Origin: Armatimonadota bacterium
GTDB taxonomy: Bacteria; Armatimonadota; UBA5829; DSUL01
Assembly (NCBI GenBank): GCA_039811685.1
Contig: JBDHZC010000002.1
Span: 416,001 to 480,000 of the forward strand
DNA length: 64,000 nucleotides
Direction: 5' to 3'
Shown: positions 9,867-19,610 of the stretch, in pieces
How positions within the stretch are numbered: position 1 is the first letter of the stretch
Layout: each line of letters starts with the position of its first letter
Made by a program: the position numbers and the translations under genes
The notes under the pieces: model-generated
Database searches by the model: none
Seen by the model: the letters and a program-made list of their open reading frames with translations, nothing else
Told to the model about the DNA's origin: nothing

Positions 9867-10646
9867 TCAATGAAACGACAGCGAAAGCGACTGCGCTATG
9901 AGCTGCCATCCGTCCACTAGGACGAACAGCAGAATCTTGAATGGCAGACTCACCAGAACCGGCGGCAGCATCATCATTCCCATTGACATCAGGGTGATGG
10001 AAACCACCATATCAATCACCAGAAAGGGGATGAAGATGACGAACCCAATTGTGAAAGCGGTCTTGAGCTCGCTGATAATGAACGCGGGCGCAAGAACGCT
10101 GGTGGGAATGTCGGCCTGAGTGTGCGGGCGCGGCATTTTGGACAGCTTGACAAACAGAGCGACGTCGCTCTCCCGCGTCTGCTTGAACATGAATGCGCGC
10201 ACTGGCTTTGAGCCGCGGTCCACCGCCTGATCGAAGTCAATCTGCTTTGCCATGAACGGCTTGACCGCCTTTTCGTTGACCTGATTCAGCGTTGGCGCCA
10301 TCGTGAAGAAAGTGAGAAACAGAGCCAGGCCCAGCAGCACTGCGTTTGGCGGAACCTGTTGCGTCCCGAGAGCGCTGCGCGTCAGGCTGAGCACGATGAC
10401 AATGCGCGTGAAGCTGGTGCACATCAGCAGAATGGCAGGCGCGACGCTCAGCACTGTGAGCATCAGCAGAAGCTGCACTGTCGCGGAGACATCCTCCGGA
10501 CTCCTGGACGTGCCCACGCCAACTGAAAGCTTGGGAATCCCCGCCAGGCTCTGGGCATGAAGCGCACCGCATGTCAGAAAAACCATGCCAAGCGTCACGC
10601 TCAGCACGGCTCCTGACCGGGCAAAGATGCGGGTGCGCGCTTTCAT
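9867..10646 (-). CDS. fliP: Flagellar export protein FliP
   Basis: TSFTRIVIVL, QVPPN, PAFIISELKTAF, MGMMMLPP, LPFKILLFVLVDGW. Confidence 0.97.
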   Translation of the reverse strand: MKARTRIFARSGAVLSVTLGMVFLTCGALHAQSLAGIPKLSVGVGTSRSPEDVSATVQLLLMLTVLSVAPAILLMCTSFTRIVIVLSLTRSALGTQQVPPNAVLLGLALFLTFFTMAPTLNQVNEKAVKPFMAKQIDFDQAVDRGSKPVRAFMFKQTRESDVALFVKLSKMPRPHTQADIPTSVLAPAFIISELKTAFTIGFVIFIPFLVIDMVVSITLMSMGMMMLPPVLVSLPFKILLFVLVDGWQLIAQSLSLSFH

Positions 10647-11782
10647 CAGACCTGGGGGGACTCCAGACGGCTGCGAAGCTCATCAATAAACTGCGTGCTT
10701 TTGCGGATTTCCGCAGCAACTTTGCGGGCAGCGGCGGGCTGTTGCGCAGGCTGCTTCGGCCTTGCCTGCACTGTACCCAGACGGCTCTTGAATCCCTCCA
10801 GCACCGCCGGCAGCAGCGAGCTCATGAAATTGACCGATGGCGAGTCTTCATGCTCCAGAGTCTGAGCGGAGGACTCCGCGCCTGTTGTTGAGCCAGAGCC
10901 GTGATCTCTTGCGCTTCTGAGCTCAGGCTCCTTGATCTCAAAGTTGTCATCCAGCGCAGCCAGAATATTCACTTGTCCCTGCGCCGTGCCGACGAGAAAG
11001 CGCTTCCCGTTGATGTTGACCAGATGCACAGCCGTTCCGGCGCTCAGCGGCGCGCTCTCTTCAACAATCAGCGTGCGCGCGCCGAAGCGCAGCGGCTTGC
11101 CTGTGCGCGTCCAGAAGAGCTTGAGAGCCACGACCGACAGATAGGCCAGGACCAGAACAAGCGCCAGCTTCGCCAGAAAACCCAGGCCGGCGCCAATCCC
11201 TGTGAGGGCTGTGCCAAAGGAAGAGCTCTGGCCTTCAGGCTCAAACAGCTTGCCCTGCGATTCTCTGTCAGGCTGTACAGCAGCGGCGGGCGCTGCGGTG
11301 CTGCGGGCAGAGGACTTCACTTTAGCGGCGTGAGCGGGCTCCGTTGGCCTTTCCTCTGTTACGGACGGACGGGCGAGAACGGGCCTGGCGGCAGACGCCT
11401 TTGAGTTACGCTCTCGCGCGGAGGCTGCGGCAGGTGGATTTGTCACAGGACGTGGCTGGACTGTTTCCACTGGACGGGAGCGAGGCGCGCGGGTTACCCG
11501 GGGAGCGGGCGTGGTTTTTTCCACGGGCCTGGGCGCGCGGCGAGCGTCCAGCTTCTGCTGCGCCCACTTAGACCCAGAAGCCGCCAAATCCTCAAGAGAT
11601 TTGGCCTCAGGCTTGACAGTTGCGGCGGGTTTCTCAGCTTTGGCCTGCTCTTTCGCAGCAGCGCGAGCTGCCGCCATTTCCGCAATCTCCTCAGCTTTGG
11701 TCTTTGGCTCCGGCCCCTGGGCAAAGACAACCCCTGCCACAGCCGCGAGCAACAGAAGTACCACGACACACGCTCTACGCAA
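10646..11782 (-). CDS. fliO: FliO/FliZ-family protein with long Ala/Pro/Lys-rich N-terminal extension
   Basis: FliO core (TM then LIVEESAPL...VHLVNINGKRFLVGT.QGQVNIL) between fliN and fliP; likely TTG start at 11782 behind GGAAAGGGA, followed by a signal-peptide-like segment. Confidence 0.8.
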   Translation of the reverse strand: MRRACVVVLLLLAAVAGVVFAQGPEPKTKAEEIAEMAAARAAAKEQAKAEKPAATVKPEAKSLEDLAASGSKWAQQKLDARRAPRPVEKTTPAPRVTRAPRSRPVETVQPRPVTNPPAAASARERNSKASAARPVLARPSVTEERPTEPAHAAKVKSSARSTAAPAAAVQPDRESQGKLFEPEGQSSSFGTALTGIGAGLGFLAKLALVLVLAYLSVVALKLFWTRTGKPLRFGARTLIVEESAPLSAGTAVHLVNINGKRFLVGTAQGQVNILAALDDNFEIKEPELRSARDHGSGSTTGAESSAQTLEHEDSPSVNFMSSLLPAVLEGFKSRLGTVQARPKQPAQQPAAARKVAAEIRKSTQFIDELRSRLESPQV

Positions 11783-12266
11783 CTTTGTTGTCCCTTTCCG
11801 CCGTGCTGACAACTTCCGTAACCCGCACCCCGAAATTCTCATCAATGACAACAACCTCTCCGCGGGCAATCAACTTGTTGTTCACGTAGAGATCGACTGG
11901 CTCACCGGCGATGCGGTCAAGCTCTACCACTGACCCCGGCCCCAGAGCCAGAGCCTCTTTTATGGTGAGATCGCGCCGTCCAAGCTCCGCTGTCAGCACA
12001 AGCTGCACGTCCAGCAGAAGGTCAATGGACTTGGGAGCCTCCACGCCTGATTGCTGTGCGCGCAAAGAGCCAAACTGCACGTTCTGAACTGACGCGGTCT
12101 CAGAAGCGTGAGAACCGTAGATTGCTGCGTCAGCGGGAGCCTCAGACTCAGAATCGGCGCTGTGAACGACCTCAAGCTCCGGTGAATCCGCGGGTGTCTG
12201 CCCGGATGCGCCCTCTTCGCTCACAGGCGCACTATCCATCTCATCTTGCGAAAGGCCTTCGCCCAT
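11775..12266 (-). CDS. fliN: Flagellar motor switch protein FliN
   Basis: SpoA domain LLLDVQL.LTAELGR...GEPVDLYVNNKLIARGEVVVIDENFGVRVTEV. Confidence 0.93.
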   Translation of the reverse strand: MGEGLSQDEMDSAPVSEEGASGQTPADSPELEVVHSADSESEAPADAAIYGSHASETASVQNVQFGSLRAQQSGVEAPKSIDLLLDVQLVLTAELGRRDLTIKEALALGPGSVVELDRIAGEPVDLYVNNKLIARGEVVVIDENFGVRVTEVVSTAERDNKVA

Positions 12267-12663
12267 TGACTGACTGTCCTTCCTGACGCCTCAAGCGCCG
12301 ACAACGCCGCGCGGTCCCCCGCACAGCGGTTGAGCCGGGTAAAAGCGTCACTGATTCGGTTGAAATACTCTGTCGGGATTGCCTGACATCCAGGACCTGC
12401 CGCCGCAGACCGGTGTCCGCCTCTGAGTTCTCAGGGCGTTTTGGTCTCTATCCGGGCGAAGTCGCTTCTTCGGTTGTCAGGTCTCAAGTGGGGTGGACAT
12501 CGTGTCCGGACGAAAACACGGATAGGACCGCGCTTGCGTCAAAGGGCGTCATCTTGAGCAGATTCTCCTGCGCCGCCGGTTTTTGCCGGTGGTGGCTCCG
12601 GAGTGGCCCACCAGACCCGGATCAGCATCCCCGTACAATCACCGGGACATCCGATCAGCACCA

Positions 12664-12691
12664 TAATCGGCACGAAGTGTGGAAACCTTTA
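12664..12691 (-). promoter_or_regulatory. sigma28 (FliA/SigD)-type promoter
   Basis: Minus strand reads TAAA-N16-GCCGATTA, matching the TAAA-N15/16-GCCGATAA(T) consensus, about 400 bp upstream of fliN. Confidence 0.7.
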
Positions 12692-12852
12692 ACGGTTTTT
12701 GAAGTTTCTCTACCAGCTTTTTTGGCGGGCAAGACGACGCCCAAGCATTCGGGTACTGGCCGGGTCAAATGCGGCTATCGGCTATAATGCAATTTCTGGG
12801 TGGCGCTGGAGCGCGCACTTTGGGCGGAGGTTTGACACCAACTGTGGTTGAT

Positions 12853-14223
12853 ATGGACACAATCGTGTCGCTGTGCAAGCGACGCGGCTTTATCTTTCAG
12901 TCGAGCGAGATATACGGAGGCATTCAGGGAGTCTTTGACTACGGCCCTCTTGGAGTGGAGCTGAAGAACAATCTCAAGAAGCTCTGGTGGCGGCACAACG
13001 TCTATGAAAGAGACGATATGGAGGGTCTGGACGCCAGCATCCTGATGAACCGCAGAGTCTGGAAGTACTCCGGCCACGAAGACACATTTGTCGATCCGAT
13101 GGTGGACTGCAAACTGTGCAAGGGGCGCTTCAGGGCGGACAAGCTTGGCGAAAGTCAGTGCCTGCTGCACTCAAAGCTTCATCCGGGTGAGTGTGAAGGA
13201 GAGCTGACTGAGCCGCGCGCCTTCAACATGATGTTCAGGACGCAGGTCGGGCCTGTCGCGGACGATGAGTCCTTCGCTTACCTGCGCCCGGAGACGGCGC
13301 AGGGTATCTTCGTCAACTTCAAGAATGTGCTCGACTCCACAAACCGCAAGCTCCCGTTTGGAATCGCGCAGATTGGCAAAGCCTTTCGCAATGAGATCAC
13401 GCCACGCAACTTTATCTTCCGCGTGCGCGAGTTCGAGCAGATGGAGATTGAGTACTTCTGCCGTCCGGAGGAGGCTGAGGGCGCTTTTGACGCGTGGGTG
13501 AAAGACCATGTGGACTTCTGGGTCAATGAGGTGGGGCTGGACCGCGAAAAGCTGCGGCTGTACGAAGTTCCCGAGTCCGACCGCGCCCACTACTCCAAGC
13601 GCACCATTGACATTTTCTACCAGTATCCGATCGGCTGGGAGGAGCTGGAAGGCATCGCGAACAGGACGGACTATGACCTCGGATCGCACTCCCGGCAGCA
13701 GGACAGCCTGGGCGTGCAGGCGCAGGTCATTCCGAATGAGCACACCACCGAAAAGCTGACCTACTTCGACCACACCACGAACAAGCACGTGGTTCCCTTT
13801 GTTGTGGAGCCTTCTGCGGGTGTGGACCGCGGTGTGCTGGCGGCGCTTTGCGAAGCCTACGATGAGGAGACGCTGGAGAACGGCGAAAAGCGCGTGGTCC
13901 TGCGTCTGAAGCCCGCTCTGTCACCAATCAAGGTAGCCGTTCTACCGCTGAAAAAGAACACTCCAGAGATTGTGGCCATGGCAAAGAGCATCAAGAACGA
14001 GCTTCAAAAAGGGGGACAGATGCGCGCGGTGTACGACGACACTGCGGCGATTGGCAAACTGTACCGGCGTCAGGACGAAGTCGGCACACCGTTTTGCGTA
14101 ACCGTGGATTTTCAGTCACTGGAAGATCAGACCGTCACCGTGCGCGACCGCGACAGCATGCAGCAGGCGCGCCTGCACATCAACGAGCTGAAAGCAGCCC
14201 TTCAGGACCGCCTGGATTCCTGA
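12853..14223 (+). CDS. glyQS: Glycine--tRNA ligase (alpha2, GlyRS-1 type)
   Basis: [61 protein letters not shown]. Start may be 12832-12853; TATAAT at 12783-12788. Confidence 0.96.
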   Translation: MDTIVSLCKRRGFIFQSSEIYGGIQGVFDYGPLGVELKNNLKKLWWRHNVYERDDMEGLDASILMNRRVWKYSGHEDTFVDPMVDCKLCKGRFRADKLGESQCLLHSKLHPGECEGELTEPRAFNMMFRTQVGPVADDESFAYLRPETAQGIFVNFKNVLDSTNRKLPFGIAQIGKAFRNEITPRNFIFRVREFEQMEIEYFCRPEEAEGAFDAWVKDHVDFWVNEVGLDREKLRLYEVPESDRAHYSKRTIDIFYQYPIGWEELEGIANRTDYDLGSHSRQQDSLGVQAQVIPNEHTTEKLTYFDHTTNKHVVPFVVEPSAGVDRGVLAALCEAYDEETLENGEKRVVLRLKPALSPIKVAVLPLKKNTPEIVAMAKSIKNELQKGGQMRAVYDDTAAIGKLYRRQDEVGTPFCVTVDFQSLEDQTVTVRDRDSMQQARLHINELKAALQDRLDS

Positions 14224-14282
14224 AAAGCTCCACAGTACGCTGAGCCGGGGACGGCGACGCGTACCACTGCTGAACATTTGCG

Positions 14283-15479
14283 ATGTCAGCCACTCCGGAG
14301 CAGATCGCCGCGCTCATTGACAGCCCGTACCGGGACTGTATCCCGCAGTGGAAGGATTTGCCAAAGGACCCTGTGCGACGCGTCACACTTCTGCGAAAAA
14401 GCGTGCCAGCCAGCGTCGCGCCGGTGATTCTGGAGCTCTCCGAGCTGCGCCACCGCGGGCGGGAAAAGTTCGGCCGCGCCTGCGAGATGTTCTTCGACCG
14501 GGAAGCGCTGGAGCAGTCCTCGTCCGAGGCGATAGCGGCTCTTCGAGCGGAGGCATTCAAGGACTGTGAGACGGTTGCAGACCTGACCTGCGGTATTGGC
14601 GGCGACACCTCAGCGCTGGCGCGACAGTGCCGAAAAGTGATAGCCTCTGATCTCAGCGCAGCCCGGGTTAGTATGAGCCAGTGGAACGTCGAAGCGCTGT
14701 GCGCCGCAGCTTCCATTCGCGGTGAGGTGAGCTTCCGCACAGCTTGCGCTCAGAACTACCCACTGGCAGACGGCTATTTCCTGGATCCCTCTCGCAGAGC
14801 GTCAGGCCGCAAATCCAGGTTCCTGCGAGACCTCTCGCCGCCTGTCGAGCTCGTGAAGGAGCTGGCAGCTACATCAGACAGTGTAGGTGTGAAGCTGTCC
14901 GCCGCGACACCGGATGAAGAGTTGCTTGCGCTGGGAGGCAGCATTGACTTTGTCGCGAGCGCGGGTGTCTGCCGGGAGGCCTTTGTGCGCCTGGGCAGAC
15001 TTTCCACAGGGACAACAAGGGCGCTCTTCCCGAAGAGAGGCGGTGGCTGGAGCGCACTGAGCGCGACGCCCGGCTCGCCTGGAGCTCCGCTTTCAGAGCC
15101 GCTGAAATTCCTGCTGGAGCCAAATCCCGCCATCATCCGAGCTTCCCTTCTGCCGGAGTTGTGTAGATGCGTGCACGCCGCTATTCTGGACCCGGAGAGC
15201 GCCTATTTGACTGCGGAGCGCCCATGCCCGGATTCCTCTGCGATGTCCTATGAGATTCACCGCTCGCTGCCCTTTTCACTCAAAGGCGTGAAGTCTCATC
15301 TGCGGGAAATAGGGATCGGACACGTTGAGGTCAAGAAGCGGGGGATTGACGCAGACGTAGAGGAGGTTCGCAGGCATCTGCAAAGCAAGCTCAACGGGCA
15401 CGGCGTTGTTGTGCTGATGCGTCTGTCTGGAAAGCCGTGGGCCTTCATCTGCAGCGCTGTTCCCATCGGAGCGGACTGA
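14283..15479 (+). CDS. Class I SAM-dependent methyltransferase with THUMP-like C-terminal domain
   Basis: LEQSSSE, DLTCGIGGD SAM motif, LDPSRR, EPNPAIIRA, VKKRG. Confidence 0.82.
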   Translation: MSATPEQIAALIDSPYRDCIPQWKDLPKDPVRRVTLLRKSVPASVAPVILELSELRHRGREKFGRACEMFFDREALEQSSSEAIAALRAEAFKDCETVADLTCGIGGDTSALARQCRKVIASDLSAARVSMSQWNVEALCAAASIRGEVSFRTACAQNYPLADGYFLDPSRRASGRKSRFLRDLSPPVELVKELAATSDSVGVKLSAATPDEELLALGGSIDFVASAGVCREAFVRLGRLSTGTTRALFPKRGGGWSALSATPGSPGAPLSEPLKFLLEPNPAIIRASLLPELCRCVHAAILDPESAYLTAERPCPDSSAMSYEIHRSLPFSLKGVKSHLREIGIGHVEVKKRGIDADVEEVRRHLQSKLNGHGVVVLMRLSGKPWAFICSAVPIGAD

Positions 15480-15568
15480 ACGAGCGGCCGCCCACTTGCA
15501 GCGCTGTGCCAGCTTACGCTACTATCCGCCCCGGCGCCCTCCATAAAAGAGGCGCGGGAGGATTCACA

Positions 15569-16195
15569 TTGAGCAAGACGAAGACACTTCTGTTCACTGG
15601 AGGTGAGATTCACGACTACAAGGGCGTTGGCGCGGAGCTGAAGCGGATTCTGGAGGCCTCTGGCAACTTTGAAGTAACGCACGTGGAGCAGGACCTGAAC
15701 GTGTTCGCCAGTCCCGATCTGACTCAGTACGACGCGATCGTACTGTTTTACACCATCGGAGAACTCACGGATGCGCAGTACAACGGCCTGTCCAACTTTG
15801 TTAAAAGCGGCAAAGGGTTCGTCCCCATTCACTCTGGCGCGGATTCGTTCCAGAAGTGCCCGGAGTACCGCGCGTTGGTTGGCGGGCACTTTGTCACCCA
15901 TCCCGCCTACCGCACCTATCAGGTCAGCGTGTTGGACCGTGAGCACGAAATCACCGAAGGGCTGGATGAGTTTCAGGCGACTGACGAGCAGTACATCACC
16001 GATTACGATCCGCGCGTGAACGTGCTGGCGACGGCTGTGTGGCAGGGCATAGCGCGGCCCGTAGCCTGGACCAAGAGCTGGGGTGAAGGCAGAGTGTTCT
16101 ATCTCGCTCTCGGACACGACGCACCGGCCTGCCGCAATGAGCACTTCGAGCTGCTGCTCACGCGGGGTGTGGCCTGGGCGGGGCGCCGCGCCTGA
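15569..16195 (+). CDS. ThuA-like domain protein
   Basis: GKGFVPIHSG, GGHFVTHP, PVAWTKSWGEGRVFYLALGHD; TTG start at 15569 after GGAGG. Confidence 0.85.
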   Translation: MSKTKTLLFTGGEIHDYKGVGAELKRILEASGNFEVTHVEQDLNVFASPDLTQYDAIVLFYTIGELTDAQYNGLSNFVKSGKGFVPIHSGADSFQKCPEYRALVGGHFVTHPAYRTYQVSVLDREHEITEGLDEFQATDEQYITDYDPRVNVLATAVWQGIARPVAWTKSWGEGRVFYLALGHDAPACRNEHFELLLTRGVAWAGRRA

Positions 16196-16251
16196 GACCT
16201 GCTTTCAAAAGAGGCACTTGGACCAGACCGGCGTCGCTCTGGTCCGCGCGG

Positions 16252-17061
16252 TTATCTGGGTGAGCGCCCGAGAAACATCTCTGTGACGTAGAAGCTGCCG
16301 TCCGCGCCTTTGCAGACCCCGATACCAATTGCGTCATAGCGTGGATCGAGGATGTTCGCGCGGTGGCCTTCACTGTTCATCAGAGCGTTGTGGCTGACGC
16401 CGACATTGACTTCAGAGCAGTACGCGATGTTTTCTCCGATCATCGCATAGCGAGGTCTGTAGTTGAGCGCTTTCAGGTAGCGCTTCATCGGCGTACGCAG
16501 GGAGCCCGTGGGGGACTCATGGGCGAAGTAGAACTTGTCGTACATCTCGCGGCTGTGGGCGCGAGCCGCCTCAACCAGAGTGCGGTCCACCTCCAGCGGC
16601 TTGAGTCCAACCAGTGCTCGCTCGCGGTTGGTGAGCTCCACAAACTCTATCTCCTCTTCTACGAGGGCGGCCGGATAGGTAGCCGAAGAGTCCGGGCGCC
16701 CATCGAAGAGGGCTCCGTCCGCAGGTGAGTCGTCCAGCAACCCGGGCGCTCTGAGGACTCTGCTGGTGTAGTCAGCGTAGCTGCGTCGTGACCCGGTGAC
16801 AGCGCCGGACAAATCCGCCACCCGCAACCGCGCCGGTGACATCTGATCTGAAGCGGCAGGCTCCAAAGACTTCTGAGACCCCTCGGGCTTTGAGGCGGAC
16901 TCAACATCGCGCTCAGCTACAAGCGCGGGACTGGTGGCAGGTGACTTCACAGGCGCCATATTCGGCTGGGCAGGCGCAGGCGGTCCCGAAAAGCTCCCCG
17001 ACATCAGCATCATGCACACAGACACAGCGAGGCTGTTCACGTCTGATTCTCCTTCTCCCAC
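16252..17061 (-). CDS. CAP (SCP-like) domain secreted protein
   Basis: LTNRER..GLKPL, ARAHSREM..FFAHESP-like segment, GENIA, LMNSEGHRANIL. Confidence 0.88.
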   Translation of the reverse strand: MGEGESDVNSLAVSVCMMLMSGSFSGPPAPAQPNMAPVKSPATSPALVAERDVESASKPEGSQKSLEPAASDQMSPARLRVADLSGAVTGSRRSYADYTSRVLRAPGLLDDSPADGALFDGRPDSSATYPAALVEEEIEFVELTNRERALVGLKPLEVDRTLVEAARAHSREMYDKFYFAHESPTGSLRTPMKRYLKALNYRPRYAMIGENIAYCSEVNVGVSHNALMNSEGHRANILDPRYDAIGIGVCKGADGSFYVTEMFLGRSPR

Positions 17062-17205
17062 TCTTACTGGGGCTGCGGCCTCTTCTCATCCCATTTTGGG
17101 CCGCTTGAAACCAAAACTCCGTCAATCTCCGGACACAGCACAGGGCGCCTGGCCGGTTCGACGTATCTGGTGAGGCGTTAGCGATGCCACAACGCTGACC
17201 CACCA

Positions 17206-17214
17206 ATTATAACA
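17206..17214 (-). promoter_or_regulatory. Extended -10 promoter element (TGtTATAAT) for the CAP gene
   Basis: Exact TGnTATAAT on the minus strand in an AT-rich divergent intergenic region. Confidence 0.5.
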
Positions 17215-17390
17215 TTGCCATGCCGAGCGTGCGTCTTTAGATAAAATTAAACTTGTGGACACTATTTAGAAGGCGCAGCCTGCCGGGACCGGAAGGGAGA
17301 GGAGCGCTCCGTGGCGAAGTGCCCGGTTCGGAAGACGCGCGCACGCGCTACAACTGGCCGCCCCTGCGCGGTTAAGATGAGGTAGAGATT

Positions 17391-18359
17391 TTGCAGTACG
17401 GACAGATACCTGGGATAGACAAACCCTTTTCGCGACTGGTGCAGGGGACGACAATGATCGGCTCCGGTGACATCGACGGGAGCTTTGCGCTTCTCGACGG
17501 TGTTCTGGAGCTGGGCTACACGGTTTTCGACACAGCTCACATATACGGTGGCGGAGACAATGAGCGCACGCTGGGACGATGGATTAGTGACCGCGGAGTG
17601 CGGGACAGGGTTGTTATCTTGGCCAAGGGCGCGCACCTGAATGCGGATCGCCGCCGCGTAACACCCTGGGACATTACCTCCGACCTCTACGACTCACTTG
17701 CGCGCTTCAAGACGGACTACATAGACCTCTACGTTCTGCACAGAGACGACCCGGACTTCCCTGTCGAACCGATTGTGGACATTCTCAACGAGCACGCGAG
17801 GGCCGGGCGCATTCGGGCCTTTGGCGGCTCCAACTGGACGCATGACCGCATCCAGCAGGCAAACAGCTATGCCACAGCAAACGGCCTCATCCCGTTTGCC
17901 GTCAGCAACCCCCAGTTCAGCCTGGCTGTTCAGAAGGAGGAGCCGTGGGACGAGTGCGTAAGCATCACCGGTCCGGAAGGCGCACAGGCCCGCAAATACT
18001 ACCAGGAGTCTCAGATCCCGCTGCTGCTGTGGTCGAGCGTCGCGGGAGGTTTCTTCTCCGGACGCTTCCGGCGCGACAATCTGGATAGTTTCACAGACGG
18101 CAGCGATCAGCTCTGCGTGCGCTGCTATGCAACGGAGGAGAACTTTCAGAGGCTGGACCGAGCTGAGGAGATGGCTGCAGGAAAAGGCGTGACAGCGTAC
18201 CAGATTGCGCTTGCGTGGGTGCTGGCACAGCCGCAAAACACCTTTCCGCTGGTCGGGGCACGCACGGTTGAAGAGGCGCGTCAGAACGCTGAAGCGCTGG
18301 AAATCAAGCTGACACCGCAGGAGAGCGCCTGGCTGAACCTGGAATCCGGCTCACTCTGA
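17391..18359 (+). CDS. Aldo/keto reductase
   Basis: FDTAHIYGGG.NE, TDYIDLYVLHRDD, GRIRAFGGSN, QIALAWVL. Confidence 0.92.
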   Translation: MQYGQIPGIDKPFSRLVQGTTMIGSGDIDGSFALLDGVLELGYTVFDTAHIYGGGDNERTLGRWISDRGVRDRVVILAKGAHLNADRRRVTPWDITSDLYDSLARFKTDYIDLYVLHRDDPDFPVEPIVDILNEHARAGRIRAFGGSNWTHDRIQQANSYATANGLIPFAVSNPQFSLAVQKEEPWDECVSITGPEGAQARKYYQESQIPLLLWSSVAGGFFSGRFRRDNLDSFTDGSDQLCVRCYATEENFQRLDRAEEMAAGKGVTAYQIALAWVLAQPQNTFPLVGARTVEEARQNAEALEIKLTPQESAWLNLESGSL

Positions 18360-18389
18360 TCCGCACAAGTCCAACGGCCGGTGGATGTG

Positions 18390-19610
18390 TCAGGATATGC
18401 TGGCTGGAGCGCTCTGGCGCGCCCGGGGCAGAAGCTTGGCCGCTGCGGCCGCAAAGCTGAGGAGCAGAAGAACCCCGCCGCTCCAGTAGGGCCACGCTAT
18501 GCCTATGCGTCCGTAGGCGAACGCACCCCAGAGGGCCCCGGCAAAGCGCGCCAGACTGCCCAGCCCCTGAGAGATGCCTAAAATGCCGCCCATGTGCTCC
18601 TCCGCCGCCGCCCCGGAGATCAGACTCTGGATGGAAGGGTTGCCAATACCTGACCCGACAGAGACCAGCGCAAGCACCGCCAGCAGCGCGGGAATACCAT
18701 GAGTCTCGGGAATGGCTATCAGCCCGATTCCCACCATCAGAATACCCGCCACCAGCAGCCGCCGTTCCCCAAACATCCGGGTGAGCCGCCCGATAAAGCC
18801 GCCCTGCACAATTACAGCGATGATGCCTACGTAACCCAGGATACGGCCGGTATAGGCTACCACATCTCTCTGGCTGTGAATCTGGAAGTGATCCTGCACA
18901 AACAGTGTGAACGTGCTCTCAAGGTTGGCGAAGGCCAGCGTGTTGACGAAGAAAATCACCAGCAGAAACGCAAGCTCGGGATGGCGCAGAGCTTCAATCA
19001 GACGGCTGAGTGAAAACAGCCCTTCTCCGCCAGGGTGAGCGCCGCGCTGGGGGCGCGTTTCCGGCAGCATCACAAACGCCCAGAAGAAGTTGAGGATGCA
19101 GAGCGCGGCAGCCACGTAAAACGGCAACGCTGTGCTGATTTTCCCGAGCTCTCCGCCGAACCACGGACCGAAGATAAAACCCAGCCCGAAAGCCGCGCCT
19201 ATCATGCCCATACCGCGCGCCCGCTCTTCTCGAGTCGTCACGTCCGCAACCAGCGCCGGCGCCGAGGCCAGCCCACCGGCCGTGAAGATGCCCTGCACAA
19301 CCCGGGCGGCGTACAGGTAGCCCAGGCTCGGAGAGTAGGCCATAGCCAGAAAAGAGAAGCTGCCGCCAATCAGGGACAGAAGAATAATTGGCCGGCGTCC
19401 AACGCGGTCTGATAACCGCCCCCACAGAGGCGCGCACACAAACTGAGCCAGAGAGTAAGCGGCGCTGAGGGCGATGATGGCGGTCTTGTCCGCCGTGAAC
19501 TTCTCCGCCCACACAGGCAGGAGCGGCAGAATCATCCCGAAACCGAGAAGATCGATGAAGACCGTCAGAAATATAATCGAGAGAACAGAGCGATTTTTCA
19601 ATGTTGCCAC
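18390..19610 (-). CDS. MFS transporter, TetA/DHA1-like
   Basis: FLTVFIDLLGFGMILP, motif A GRLSDRVGRRP, GAAFGLGFIFGP. The true start is likely the GTG at 19610, overlapping the upstream MFS gene. Confidence 0.9.
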   Translation of the reverse strand: MATLKNRSVLSIIFLTVFIDLLGFGMILPLLPVWAEKFTADKTAIIALSAAYSLAQFVCAPLWGRLSDRVGRRPIILLSLIGGSFSFLAMAYSPSLGYLYAARVVQGIFTAGGLASAPALVADVTTREERARGMGMIGAAFGLGFIFGPWFGGELGKISTALPFYVAAALCILNFFWAFVMLPETRPQRGAHPGGEGLFSLSRLIEALRHPELAFLLVIFFVNTLAFANLESTFTLFVQDHFQIHSQRDVVAYTGRILGYVGIIAVIVQGGFIGRLTRMFGERRLLVAGILMVGIGLIAIPETHGIPALLAVLALVSVGSGIGNPSIQSLISGAAAEEHMGGILGISQGLGSLARFAGALWGAFAYGRIGIAWPYWSGGVLLLLSFAAAAAKLLPRARQSAPASIS

